IMG/VR virus record: IMGVR_UViG_3300045988_022876
Source of the DNA: a virus
Strand: one strand, 5' to 3'
DNA: 45,593 nucleotides
Positions 1 to 8,259 of the stretch are shown piece by piece; within the stretch, counting starts at the first letter, position 1; each line of letters begins with the position of its first letter. A model generated the notes under the pieces. The model did not search any database, had not been told where the DNA came from, and saw only the letters and a list, made by a program, of their open reading frames with translations. The position numbers and the translations under genes were made by a program.

Positions 1-119
1 GCTATATTGATGCACAAAACAAATCATCCGGACACACTACATCTGACAGAGGATATTTTTAAGGTTAATTTGAAGAAATATGTAAAAGGACAGCATGTGG
101 CTCTTATGTGGGCGAGTCC
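1..119. repeat. Terminal direct repeat, copy 1 (assembly overlap of a circular or terminally redundant genome)
   Basis: 1-119 (gctatattgatgcacaaaac...tgtgggcgagtcc) is identical to 45475-45593. Confidence 0.95.
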
Positions 120-1260
120 AGATTGTACAAGCCATTCCAAAGCAAAGGGTGGCAAGCCGAGAGAAAAAGGACTTCGGATTCTTCCGTGGGCGGTATACAA
201 ACATGCAAAGGAGATTCTTCCAGATGTGGTGTTGATGGAAAATGTGGAGGAAATACAACAGTGGGGTCCGTTGGACGAAAAAGGTTATCCGATACCGGAG
301 AAAAAAGGCGAAGATTATAAAAAATTCATTACAGCAATGAAGAGTCTCGGGTACCGTTTCGGTAGTAGAGAATTGGTAGCTGCGGACTACGGAGCACCAA
401 CCACAAGAAAGAGATGGTATGCAGTATTCCGTAGAGATGGACGCGAAATCAGATTCCCAAAGCAGACTCACAGTGCAGGCGGCATCGGATTTGAGAAGTG
501 GAAACCTTGTGGAGATTACATTGACTGGTCAGATCTTGGCAGTTCGATATTTGACCGTAAGAAGCCACTTGCAGAAGCTACACAGAAGAGAATTGCGAAC
601 GGCATTAAGAAATATATTATCGATGCAGAATCTCCTTATATCGTGAGGAGTGGAGAAGCACTGGCATATATTATTCAATATCACGGAGAGACGAGAGCCG
701 GTGATTCAAGAGGACAGCTTTTGACAGAACCGATCAAGACGATTGATACATCGAATAGATACGGACTTGTGACAGCTTTCATCACGAAATATTACAAGAC
801 CGGCATAGGTCAAGGTTGTGACGAACCACTTCACACAATCACAACATCTCCAGGACACTTCGGATTGGTATCTGCATTCCTTATCAAATATTACGGTGCC
901 GGATGCGGTCAGCAACTTGATAAGCCACTGGGAACGATTACCACAAAGGACAGGTTCGGACTTGTAAATGTGATATTAGACATTGACGGAGAGCAATATA
1001 TCATATCAGACATTTTTCTTCGGATGCTGAAGCCGGAAGAATTAAAGCTGATGCAAGGATTCCCAAAGGATTACATTATCGATAGGGATTATAACTGGAA
1101 GAAATATCCGATTGCAAAGCAAGTTGCAAGAATTGGGAACAGTGTTGTGCCGATCATGGCAGAAAAGCTTGTAGAAGCAAACTGTCCGTATCTTAAGGTT
1201 GGCGAGAGAGTACCGAACTTGATTATAGACGATACACAAGAACAATTAAGATTTGCGTAG
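1..1260 (+). CDS. DNA (cytosine-5)-methyltransferase, 3' part; same frame as 45358.. across the junction
   Basis: Motifs WASPDCTSHS (catalytic Cys, motif IV-like), LMENVEE (ENV, motif VI), TTRKRWY (motif VIII), IGNSVVP (motif X). Codon phase is continuous with 45475-45593. Confidence 0.85.
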   Translation, partial: AILMHKTNHPDTLHLTEDIFKVNLKKYVKGQHVALMWASPDCTSHSKAKGGKPREKGLRILPWAVYKHAKEILPDVVLMENVEEIQQWGPLDEKGYPIPEKKGEDYKKFITAMKSLGYRFGSRELVAADYGAPTTRKRWYAVFRRDGREIRFPKQTHSAGGIGFEKWKPCGDYIDWSDLGSSIFDRKKPLAEATQKRIANGIKKYIIDAESPYIVRSGEALAYIIQYHGETRAGDSRGQLLTEPIKTIDTSNRYGLVTAFITKYYKTGIGQGCDEPLHTITTSPGHFGLVSAFLIKYYGAGCGQQLDKPLGTITTKDRFGLVNVILDIDGEQYIISDIFLRMLKPEELKLMQGFPKDYIIDRDYNWKKYPIAKQVARIGNSVVPIMAEKLVEANCPYLKVGERVPNLIIDDTQEQLRFA

Positions 1261-1268
1261 GTGAAGTA

Positions 1269-2177
1269 ATGAGAATAGCACTGATTGATGTAGACGGGCA
1301 TAACTTCCCGAATCTTCCGCTAATGAAGCTGTCGACATGGCATAAACAGAACGGAGATCAAGTTGAGTGGTACGATCCGCTGACTGCATGGCTGAATCCA
1401 CCAGACAGGGTATATATGAGCAAGGTATTTACCTTTACACCGGATTATCCTCATCCAGTGTGTGCTGGAGAAATAATCAAAGGTGGTACGGGTTATGAAT
1501 ATCCGTCTGGTGGCAAGCCATTGCCGGAAGAAATCGAACATATCTATCCAGATTACAGCCTGTATCCAGAACTATGTAGAGATACCGCCTACGGATTCTT
1601 GACAAGGGGATGTCCGAGAGGGTGTGATTTCTGCATTGTGAAAGAAAAAGAGGGACAGAAAAGCCACAAGGTAGCTGATTTGTCTGAATTTTGGAATGGA
1701 CAGAAAAATATCATCTTGCTCGACCCGAATATGTTTGCATGCCGGGAATGGCGAGATTTAAGCCAACAGCTTATTGATAGTAAGGCTTGGATAGACTTCT
1801 CACAAGGCTGTGATATTCGGATTATGACCGAAGAAAAAGCGGAATATATCAAGCAGATGAAGATTAAGCAGATACATTTCGCGTGGGATAGATATCAGGA
1901 CAAAGACAATATAGTGCCAAAATTTAAGATGTTTCAAAAGTTAACTGGATGGAACAGAGGGAAGATGACGGTGTATGTCTTATGCGGATTTGACACAACA
2001 TTGGAACAAGACCTTGACCGGATATACACACTTAGAAATTTGGGATATGCACCTTATGTGATGATTTATGACAAATACAAATTAAAGAAGTGTGATCAGC
2101 TGAAAAGAATGCAGCGATGGGTAAATTCCAGATACGCATTCATGGCTTGTGAACGGTTTGAAGATTATACAGCTTAA
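1269..2177 (+). CDS. Radical SAM protein with N-terminal flavodoxin/B12-binding-like segment
   Basis: 302 aa. GCPRGCDFC is a CX3CX2C cluster motif. Starts 8 nt after the MTase stop. Confidence 0.75.
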   Translation: MRIALIDVDGHNFPNLPLMKLSTWHKQNGDQVEWYDPLTAWLNPPDRVYMSKVFTFTPDYPHPVCAGEIIKGGTGYEYPSGGKPLPEEIEHIYPDYSLYPELCRDTAYGFLTRGCPRGCDFCIVKEKEGQKSHKVADLSEFWNGQKNIILLDPNMFACREWRDLSQQLIDSKAWIDFSQGCDIRIMTEEKAEYIKQMKIKQIHFAWDRYQDKDNIVPKFKMFQKLTGWNRGKMTVYVLCGFDTTLEQDLDRIYTLRNLGYAPYVMIYDKYKLKKCDQLKRMQRWVNSRYAFMACERFEDYTA

Positions 2178-2201
2178 AAACAAATAACAGTACTTTGACA
2201 A

Positions 2202-2230
2202 TTGAATATTGATGGTTGGAGTGGTATAAT
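2202..2230 (+). promoter_or_regulatory. SigA-type promoter TTGAAT-17-TATAAT
   Basis: -35 at 2202-2207, -10 at 2225-2230, preceded by TG-rich gtgg. About 30 nt upstream of the 2262 CDS. Confidence 0.55.
2204..2219. repeat. Left arm of a 16-bp perfect inverted repeat (gaatattgatggttgg)
   Basis: Reverse complement of 2523-2538. Overlaps the promoter -35/spacer. Confidence 0.9.
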
Positions 2231-2261
2231 TCCTGTATAAAAATAGGCGGGAGGAAATGGC

Positions 2262-2513
2262 ATGAGCGAAAAGAAACTGGATTATGAAATCACGGATGAA
2301 TATTCACATGAGATATTAGATATCCGAAATAAACTTAATCAGCTTGAAAACGGAAGGATTTACGAGCTGAGCGGTGCAAAAATGGATGGGTATTTGGCAA
2401 CAAATATTTCAGAACTTAGAGAGTTGATAATCGATTTGCTGTATAAAATTCAATCCGGCGAAGAAGGAACAGCTACTAGACTTGGAAACATTATGAGAGG
2501 ATTAAATGAATAA
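2262..2513 (+). CDS. Hypothetical protein (83 aa, helical)
   Basis: ORF with SD GGGAGGA 7 nt upstream of the ATG. Confidence 0.7.
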   Translation: MSEKKLDYEITDEYSHEILDIRNKLNQLENGRIYELSGAKMDGYLATNISELRELIIDLLYKIQSGEEGTATRLGNIMRGLNE

Positions 2514-2520
2514 CTACTTC

Positions 2521-2556
2521 TACCAACCATCAATATTCGGTGGTTGGTATTTTTTT
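2521..2556 (+). terminator. Rho-independent terminator
   Basis: 8-bp stem taccaacc/ggttggta (2521-2528 / 2542-2549), 13-nt loop, then T7 run 2550-2556. Confidence 0.7.
2523..2538. repeat. Right arm of the 16-bp inverted repeat (ccaaccatcaatattc)
   Basis: Reverse complement of 2204-2219. Lies in the 5' arm and loop of the terminator. Confidence 0.9.
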
Positions 2557-2588
2557 ACGCTTTTTTAAGGAGAAAGGAACGAATTATA

Positions 2589-3332
2589 ATGGCAAAATTT
2601 AATATTGAGGTAGAACTTGATTGGGTAGACGAGGAAGCCGGATACACAATTGATGAAGAAATTAAAGAACAGGTTGTAAGTGGTGTTAAGGATGCGCTTC
2701 TTAGAAAAGCAACAGATGAAGCAGTACAGAGAGTAGATAAAGCAATAGCGGATAAAATTCTTGAAGCAGAAGAAACAATTCAAGATACTGTAGACAAATT
2801 TGTTAAGACTGTATCGGAAGAAAAGATTGCAGAGATTATGATTCCTGTAAAAGAAGATTCTTGGAGTAGCAAAGTAACATATATACCGTTGTCTGAATAT
2901 GTCGGAAAGAGATTTGAATTGTTTCTTACAGACAAGAGATACGACAAAGATGGGCACACTGCAAGTTTTTCTAGTGACAGAAAATTATCGGCGTCCGATC
3001 TCATTACGAGACAATATTTGGAAAAAGAACTTGGTACAAAAGTAGAAAATATGATTGCTACTGCAAAAAGAGAAGTGGAAGAAAGTCTTGTGAAGTCATT
3101 GGAACAGAAATTAAAAGAAAATCTTGCGAAAGAAACGATCGAGAGAATGAATATTCCTGATGTTTTGAAGAGGTTCAGTGAGATGGCACTGGAAATTATT
3201 AAAGACATTGAGGATGATAGGGAATTTAAAATGGAGATGTGCAAAAGAGCAATAAAGGCAAATGTATGCCCGGAGGATTGCGACATTTGCGCATGGGATA
3301 CGAAAGGTGGAGTTGGTTATGAGAATCATTAG
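2589..3332 (+). CDS. Hypothetical protein (coiled-coil, Cys-rich C-terminus)
   Basis: ATG at 2589 (MAKFNIEV..) within ORF 2544-3332, with AAGGAG upstream. Confidence 0.7.
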   Translation: MAKFNIEVELDWVDEEAGYTIDEEIKEQVVSGVKDALLRKATDEAVQRVDKAIADKILEAEETIQDTVDKFVKTVSEEKIAEIMIPVKEDSWSSKVTYIPLSEYVGKRFELFLTDKRYDKDGHTASFSSDRKLSASDLITRQYLEKELGTKVENMIATAKREVEESLVKSLEQKLKENLAKETIERMNIPDVLKRFSEMALEIIKDIEDDREFKMEMCKRAIKANVCPEDCDICAWDTKGGVGYENH

Positions 3333-3660
3333 TCAGAGCGGATTACTGGATGTGCCTTATGAATTGATTGCAATTTCCCCGTATTCAGGGAATATGGCAA
3401 CAATCGTTGGAACGTTTCCGGGGAATGAGCTCGGAAAAGGAGATAGAGTTTATATTTTAGCTGAATATTCCACCGAAGAAAAAGCGATCAAGGCTATGGA
3501 GATGTGCAGAGAACGGTATACACAATACATATTAAACAGGCACATGATTCAAGAAACGGCAAATGTTCTTACAAGAATACCGTTAGAAGAAGCGGAAAAA
3601 GTAAAAGATCAAATTACCGAAACTTTTATTTTTCAGTTTCCAAAAGAAGAGGAGGTGTAA
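3319..3660 (+). CDS. Hypothetical protein
   Basis: Internal ATG (MRIISQSG..) with GGTGGAG SD. Overlaps the previous stop by 14 nt. Confidence 0.65.
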   Translation: MRIISQSGLLDVPYELIAISPYSGNMATIVGTFPGNELGKGDRVYILAEYSTEEKAIKAMEMCRERYTQYILNRHMIQETANVLTRIPLEEAEKVKDQITETFIFQFPKEEEV

Positions 3661-3662
3661 GT

Positions 3663-4049
3663 ATGAGTAGAAACAGATCATTAGAAAAGATACAAGAAGA
3701 CATTAGAACGCTGACAAGAGTACCATCGGAATTTATTCACGCAAAACTGGATGAGCTGGCAGAAGAGATTGGAGAGTTAGCGGAACCAAAGTGGATTCCA
3801 TGCAGTGAGAAGATGCCGGAAGAACGTGACAGCATATTTGCAAGATGGAAAGGCACTGATAAATGGGATAAAGGAATGTTTGAGAAGATATCAGCTACTG
3901 TGATTGCAATGGTAGAGTATAGCAACGGTGAAAGGACGGCTGCACCGGCTCGTACAAGAGACGGTAAATGGAGATGCGATTGTATTATAGGTGGCAACGG
4001 GAAAGTGATTGCATGGATGCCGTTGCCGGAACCTTACAAGGGAGAGTGA
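3663..4049 (+). CDS. DUF551-like phage protein
   Basis: ATG 3663 after GAGGAGGTG. KWIPCSEKMPEE ... VIAWMPLPEPY pattern is typical of DUF551. TGA stop. Confidence 0.6.
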   Translation: MSRNRSLEKIQEDIRTLTRVPSEFIHAKLDELAEEIGELAEPKWIPCSEKMPEERDSIFARWKGTDKWDKGMFEKISATVIAMVEYSNGERTAAPARTRDGKWRCDCIIGGNGKVIAWMPLPEPYKGE

Positions 4050-4055
4050 AAATAG

Positions 4056-4517
4056 ATGCTAAAACCAAAAGTAAAAGCCAGAGAATTTGAGAGGTTCGGA
4101 TTCAAAAGATGTAAAGGGATTCCAAAAGAATCAGAGTGCTATTATCTCTGTATTGCAAGAGGATGCAAGATGCTGTTTGCCAGTGATGTATGTTTTGCCG
4201 TAAATGATTGGGATAAAAACGATCCACGGATACACAAAAAAGCGAACTGCCGATACAGGGACAATAGAACAGCATTGGATATAATCTATGAACTGATTAA
4301 AACAGATATGTTGAAAAGTGAATGGGAGATTGAAGAACAGTCAATAGCGTTTGATACGCAGAAAGTAGTGAAAGAACTTGAAGATTTGAAGATGAGATAC
4401 TTTCTCACGCTGGCAAACACTGGTGATGCGGATAAAGATTGTGCTTATCTTAATACTGCAAATGCTATTGACAGAGCGATTGAAATTGTTAAGCGAGGTG
4501 GGAGAGATGAAGAATAA
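4056..4517 (+). CDS. Hypothetical protein
   Basis: 153-aa ORF with GGGAGAG SD. Confidence 0.7.
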   Translation: MLKPKVKAREFERFGFKRCKGIPKESECYYLCIARGCKMLFASDVCFAVNDWDKNDPRIHKKANCRYRDNRTALDIIYELIKTDMLKSEWEIEEQSIAFDTQKVVKELEDLKMRYFLTLANTGDADKDCAYLNTANAIDRAIEIVKRGGRDEE

Positions 4518-4782
4518 AGAAAAATTTGCAAAAGAGATTATTGAGCTTGCTTGCGATGGCGATGGTGTTGCTGTTGATAAGCGTACAGGCAAAGTAGATT
4601 CATGTAATTGCGTTTGGTGTAGGAATTGCATGTTTGATGACAGCCGTGATTGCGATAAAGCAAAAAGAGAGTGGGCAGAATCCGAATGCATCGAAAAATT
4701 TGATGTAAAGAAGATAGAACTTACTAGGAAAGAATCGGATAGTGTAATTTATCATGATTTCATGAAGAAAGGAACGATGTAG
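4507..4782 (+). CDS. Hypothetical Cys-rich protein
   Basis: ATG 4507 (MKNKEKFAKE..) after GGTGGGAG, within ORF 4423-4782. Confidence 0.65.
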   Translation: MKNKEKFAKEIIELACDGDGVAVDKRTGKVDSCNCVWCRNCMFDDSRDCDKAKREWAESECIEKFDVKKIELTRKESDSVIYHDFMKKGTM

Positions 4783-5133
4783 ATGAAACCATATAAAGAA
4801 ATCATGGAAAGCGGTAAAGTTTGGGACACGGTAATGTTTGGAAAATTAGTGGGCGGTTTGATAAAACTGCCCGATTGCGGTACGTGTTCCGTGATGTTCG
4901 GAGAAAATGAGGACGGATGGGAACACGTGAGCGTATCACCGAAGCACAAATACAAGATACCTACATGGGATGATATGTGTGCGCTGAAAGATATATTCTT
5001 CGATGATGAAGAAGAGGTATACCAGATACATCCAAAAAAGTCCGAATATGTGAATCAGCAGGAAAACTGCTTGCATCTGTGGAAACCAATCGGGCACGAA
5101 TTAGGAGAGCTTGTGGAGAAGAGATATGAATAA
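4783..5133 (+). CDS. Conserved phage protein, function unknown
   Basis: 116-aa ORF abutting the previous stop. Confidence 0.7.
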   Translation: MKPYKEIMESGKVWDTVMFGKLVGGLIKLPDCGTCSVMFGENEDGWEHVSVSPKHKYKIPTWDDMCALKDIFFDDEEEVYQIHPKKSEYVNQQENCLHLWKPIGHELGELVEKRYE

Positions 5134-5341
5134 ACGCACCAGAAAAGAAATGAAGCACGACCAGGAACAGCACTACGGTGGACTGATCGCACATTGCGAC
5201 AGCGACACGGCAAAAGAAAGCTTTTCCAGACCGGTATACGGATCCAGACAGGAATTGGAAGATACAGAACAGGAACGATATCTTGCGGAGTGGAACAGGC
5301 GACTGAAAGAGAGGCGTAGAAATGACAAGGACGAGATATAA
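5126..5341 (+). CDS. Hypothetical basic/acidic protein
   Basis: ATG 5126 (MNKRTRKE..) overlaps the previous stop. Confidence 0.55.
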   Translation: MNKRTRKEMKHDQEQHYGGLIAHCDSDTAKESFSRPVYGSRQELEDTEQERYLAEWNRRLKERRRNDKDEI

Positions 5342-5627
5342 ATACATGAGAGACTATAAGATAGATAGCGATACAGAGAGAAAGATCCTTGATTTTTGCA
5401 GAACGGCAAAAGGAGAAGAACAAGAGGACGTTCTAGCCGCGTGCGTAGAAGCCAACAAATATATAGCACATTATATTTTTTTGAATCTGATAACGGGTGT
5501 AGGCTATGACAGAATGAGCCGAATATACTTTATCCCAGTTCAAAAGGTAGATTTCCAGGGTTATAGAAGATTGGCAATGAAAAAGTTACGTGATCTTAGA
5601 TTAAAAAAGGAGGAAGAAAGTGGTTAG
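5322..5627 (+). CDS. Hypothetical protein
   Basis: 101-aa ORF that overlaps the upstream gene end. Confidence 0.6.
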   Translation: MTRTRYKYMRDYKIDSDTERKILDFCRTAKGEEQEDVLAACVEANKYIAHYIFLNLITGVGYDRMSRIYFIPVQKVDFQGYRRLAMKKLRDLRLKKEEESG

Positions 5628-5736
5628 GATATACATAAATGGGATCCTTACAAAAAGAGAAGATTTGGAAAAAATTGAAATAAAAAATGAAAATATAAAA
5701 AAGATTCTTGCCAGTAAATTGACGGAAAAGAAGTGA
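5620..5736 (+). CDS. Small hypothetical protein (38 aa) directly upstream of the recombinase
   Basis: GTG 5620 sits 6 nt after AAGGAGG. Not in the ORF track because it is under 60 aa. Confidence 0.35.
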   Translation: MVRIYINGILTKREDLEKIEIKNENIKKILASKLTEKK

Positions 5737-5747
5737 TGATATAGAAT
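5719..5747 (+). promoter_or_regulatory. Candidate recombinase promoter TTGACG-17-TAGAAT
   Basis: -35 at 5719-5724, -10 at 5742-5747. The predicted start falls inside the 31-bp palindrome. Confidence 0.5.
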
Positions 5748-5774
5748 TGACCTTGATAGAATCTCGGTCAATTC
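5744..5774. promoter_or_regulatory. 31-bp imperfect palindrome GAATTGACCttGATaGaATCtcGGTCAATTC (candidate recombinase binding or attP-like site)
   Basis: 12 of 15 symmetric pairs. Its right 22 nt are repeated in inverted orientation at 7198-7219. Confidence 0.6.
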
Positions 5775-5800
5775 TTTTTAAATGGAAAGGAAGAGTTGAC

Positions 5801-7147
5801 ATGAAGAAAATGAATGTAGGTTATCTTAGGGTATCGACCGAGAACCAGACGGAAAAATATGGACTGGATCTGCAAAAAAACAAGATCATAGAAAGGGCAG
5901 AAAAAGAGGGAGACAAGATAGACAAGTGGTATATAGATGGCGGTTATTCTGGCAGCACGCTCGACCGACCGGATATACAACGGTTATTAGAGGATTCTAA
6001 GAATGGATACATAGAAAAGGTATATATCTATAAACTCGACAGAGTGAGCCGTGATACCATTGATACGCTTGTGATTCTGTATCGTACATTACCGGAATAT
6101 AATGTTAAGATTGTATCCGCTACCGAAGAATTAAGTCTGGATACGCCAATGGATAAAATGAAAATCGGCATTGATGCGCTTATGGGACAGTATGAGCGAG
6201 AGATTATATCCATGCGAACAAAAGCCGGGATGCTTGAACGTGTTAAAAGTGGCTTGTGGATGGGTGGAGGGCGTGTCCCGTTCGGCTATTACTATGACAG
6301 AAATGACGGGATATTACACCCAAAAGAAGACGAAGCAGAAAAGGTTCGGACTATGTATCGGTTGTATAACGATGGATATTCGTGCCAGAAAATATCGGAT
6401 ATGTTAGGGATGAAAGGAGAAAGAATTGTTATCCAGGTATTAAAAAGAAAGTCGAATATAGGATACATAGAATACAAAGGAAACATTTACAAGGGGAAAC
6501 ATGAAGCAATCGTAGATGAAGAAACATTTTACAAAACACAGAGATTTATGGAAAAACGAGCGAATAATTCTTATATATGCAACAAATTTCTACTTTCTGG
6601 ATTGTGCTTTTGCGGAAAATGTGGCGCACGAATGCGATATAAAAAATGGGCGAATAGACATGTATTAGAGTGTTATTCTAGGGACGGGTACAAAGAATAC
6701 ATGGTAAAAAACCCAAATTGCGACAACAAAAGACCGGACGCAAAGGATGTGGAAAAAGAAGTGTCAGATTGCTTTAAACGATTTGCTGTGAATATAACAG
6801 GGAGACATGAAAAGCAACTTAGTAAAAAAGAGCTTATTGAAAAAGAAATGAAAAGCACGGTAGACAAGCTTAAAAAGCTCTATGAATTATATGCCACAAA
6901 TGAAAGTGAAACTCTATTGGAAGTGATCGGAAAGTCGGAAAAACGGGTAAAAGAACTTAGAAGAGAGCTAAACAAGGAAACGCGGGAAAAAATTCTGACC
7001 ACTCAGGAGAGAATCGAAAAAATAAAAAAGATTTCTGATGTATGGGATAAATTAGATGTAAAAGAACAAAACAAAGTTCTGAAAGAATGCATAGACAAGA
7101 TCGTGATTACTGACGGAAATATAGACATCTATTTTAATTTGCTGTAA
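5801..7147 (+). CDS. Large serine recombinase (integrase-type)
   Basis: MKKMNVGYLRVSTENQ (catalytic Ser motif), resolvase and recombinase domains, Cys-rich zinc ribbon (CFCGKCG...C), C-terminal coiled coil. SD GGAAAGGAAG. Confidence 0.9.
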   Translation: MKKMNVGYLRVSTENQTEKYGLDLQKNKIIERAEKEGDKIDKWYIDGGYSGSTLDRPDIQRLLEDSKNGYIEKVYIYKLDRVSRDTIDTLVILYRTLPEYNVKIVSATEELSLDTPMDKMKIGIDALMGQYEREIISMRTKAGMLERVKSGLWMGGGRVPFGYYYDRNDGILHPKEDEAEKVRTMYRLYNDGYSCQKISDMLGMKGERIVIQVLKRKSNIGYIEYKGNIYKGKHEAIVDEETFYKTQRFMEKRANNSYICNKFLLSGLCFCGKCGARMRYKKWANRHVLECYSRDGYKEYMVKNPNCDNKRPDAKDVEKEVSDCFKRFAVNITGRHEKQLSKKELIEKEMKSTVDKLKKLYELYATNESETLLEVIGKSEKRVKELRRELNKETREKILTTQERIEKIKKISDVWDKLDVKEQNKVLKECIDKIVITDGNIDIYFNLL

Positions 7148-7197
7148 TCTCCCTTTGCTATAATCGTTCCGATGATTATAGGAAGAGGAAATAATCG

Positions 7198-7219
7198 GAA
7201 TTGACCGAGAATCTATCAA
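7198..7219. repeat. Inverted copy (21/22) of 5753-5774
   Basis: gaattgaccgagaatctatcaa compared with the reverse complement of 5753-5774, gaattgaccgagattctatcaa. Confidence 0.9.
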
Positions 7220-7267
7220 AAAAACAGTGGAAAATGAGAAAAAAATGCACTTTCCTTTATTTTCTAC

Positions 7268-7296
7268 TTGACTATTGGTAACCAATATATTATAAT
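7268..7296 (+). promoter_or_regulatory. Near-consensus promoter TTGACT-17-TATAAT with palindromic operator ATTGGTAACCAAT in the spacer
   Basis: -35 at 7268-7273, -10 at 7291-7296, palindrome at 7274-7286. Confidence 0.65.
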
Positions 7297-7325
7297 AAAG
7301 ACAGTTAAGAAAGGAGCGAAATAAA

Positions 7326-7475
7326 ATGACAAGAGCAGAAGCAATAAAAAAGGTTTGGGATTTGGTAACAGAGGACAAAATAAGAGAAGCAGAAGAAGTT
7401 GCACGTAAATATAACGTGTGTATGAACTTCGGTGAAAACTATATAGCTGTCGAAGACGATGTGTTTTATTTTTAG
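7326..7475 (+). CDS. Small hypothetical protein (49 aa)
   Basis: ATG sits 9 nt after AAGGAG. MTRAEAIKKVWDLV... TAG stop. Not in the ORF track. Confidence 0.5.
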   Translation: MTRAEAIKKVWDLVTEDKIREAEEVARKYNVCMNFGENYIAVEDDVFYF

Positions 7476-7488
7476 GGAGGAAAATGAC

Positions 7489-7734
7489 ATGAAGAAAATC
7501 GAGGAAATCAGGGGAAATCTTGTAGAAGCAGGATTCTACAAAAAAGAAGACATTGAAAAGATATGCGAGATCGAAAGAGCGTATCTTGAAGAGTGCCGGG
7601 ATATTGCAGAACAGTGTGAAGCGGAAGGATATCCGGCGCACGGTAGTAACTACGACCTTAGATGCGCCGAAGCTCGTAAATACTATAACGAGCAATTGGA
7701 AGCCATTGACAGCAAATACGAAGAGGAGGAATAG
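7489..7734 (+). CDS. Small acidic hypothetical protein (81 aa)
   Basis: ATG 7489 sits 8 nt after AGGGAGG. Glu-rich. Confidence 0.7.
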   Translation: MKKIEEIRGNLVEAGFYKKEDIEKICEIERAYLEECRDIAEQCEAEGYPAHGSNYDLRCAEARKYYNEQLEAIDSKYEEEE

Positions 7735-7739
7735 AAGAC

Positions 7740-8009
7740 ATGGCAGTAACAAGAACATGGAAATTATACGGAGCAGAGGGACACAGACAAAGAGAAAGCT
7801 TTTGCGATTCTCAGAAATATGATTTTTCAGAAAATGGAAAGGTCAGGATTTTGGAAATTCTCAATTCTGATCAGACCGGAACAAACGACTATTCGATTGT
7901 ACGGATCACAAGACAAACAGCAGAAGAGTGCCAGGAAGAGCTTGACGGTCAGTTATCAGACGGAATTTTTGAAAATTCAAGATTCGGTAAAATTGAAGAA
8001 ATCATTTAA
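7740..8009 (+). CDS. Small acidic hypothetical protein (89 aa)
   Basis: GAGGAGGA SD. Confidence 0.7.
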   Translation: MAVTRTWKLYGAEGHRQRESFCDSQKYDFSENGKVRILEILNSDQTGTNDYSIVRITRQTAEECQEELDGQLSDGIFENSRFGKIEEII

Positions 8010-8020
8010 GGAGTTGCTAA

Positions 8021-8200
8021 ATGTTAGAAGTAGAAAGAAACATCATATTCAATAAAGCTGGTGGAAATGCCGGAAAAACTTCATATAGTTACAAATTATC
8101 GCTCCCGGCTGATGCTATCGAAGCATTAGGAGCCACACCGGAAGACAGGGGCGTGATAATGAGGATAGAAGAGGGGAAAATAATTATAGAAAAAGCATAA
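8021..8200 (+). CDS. AbrB/SpoVT/MazE-type DNA-binding protein (59 aa)
   Basis: AAGGAG SD. YKLSLPADAIEALGATPEDRGVIMRIEEGKIIIEK fits the looped-hinge-helix pattern. Not in the ORF track. Confidence 0.55.
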   Translation: MLEVERNIIFNKAGGNAGKTSYSYKLSLPADAIEALGATPEDRGVIMRIEEGKIIIEKA

Positions 8201-8203
8201 AAA

Positions 8204-8229
8204 CGGTCATTATTGACTGCTTTTTATTT
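8204..8229 (+). terminator. Weak rho-independent terminator
   Basis: cggtca/tgactg 6-bp stem (one G-U), 4-nt loop, then cTTTTTaTTT. Confidence 0.45.
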
Positions 8230-8259
8230 ACAAAAAAATATGTGAGTCCTACTTTTATA

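Noticed and set aside
4047-4049. Genome-wide stop-codon reassignment (TGA read as sense), as in some gut phages
   Set aside because: TGA terminates several well-supported genes at sensible lengths with the next gene starting right after (3663-4049, 8308-8934, 14993 overlap). All long structural genes are open under the standard code.
5747-5800. Recombinase start at 5747 (466-aa version in the track)
   Set aside because: That start lies inside the palindromic site and promoter and has no SD. ATG 5801 follows GGAAAGGAAG at good spacing and gives the normal MKK..GYLRVST N-terminus.
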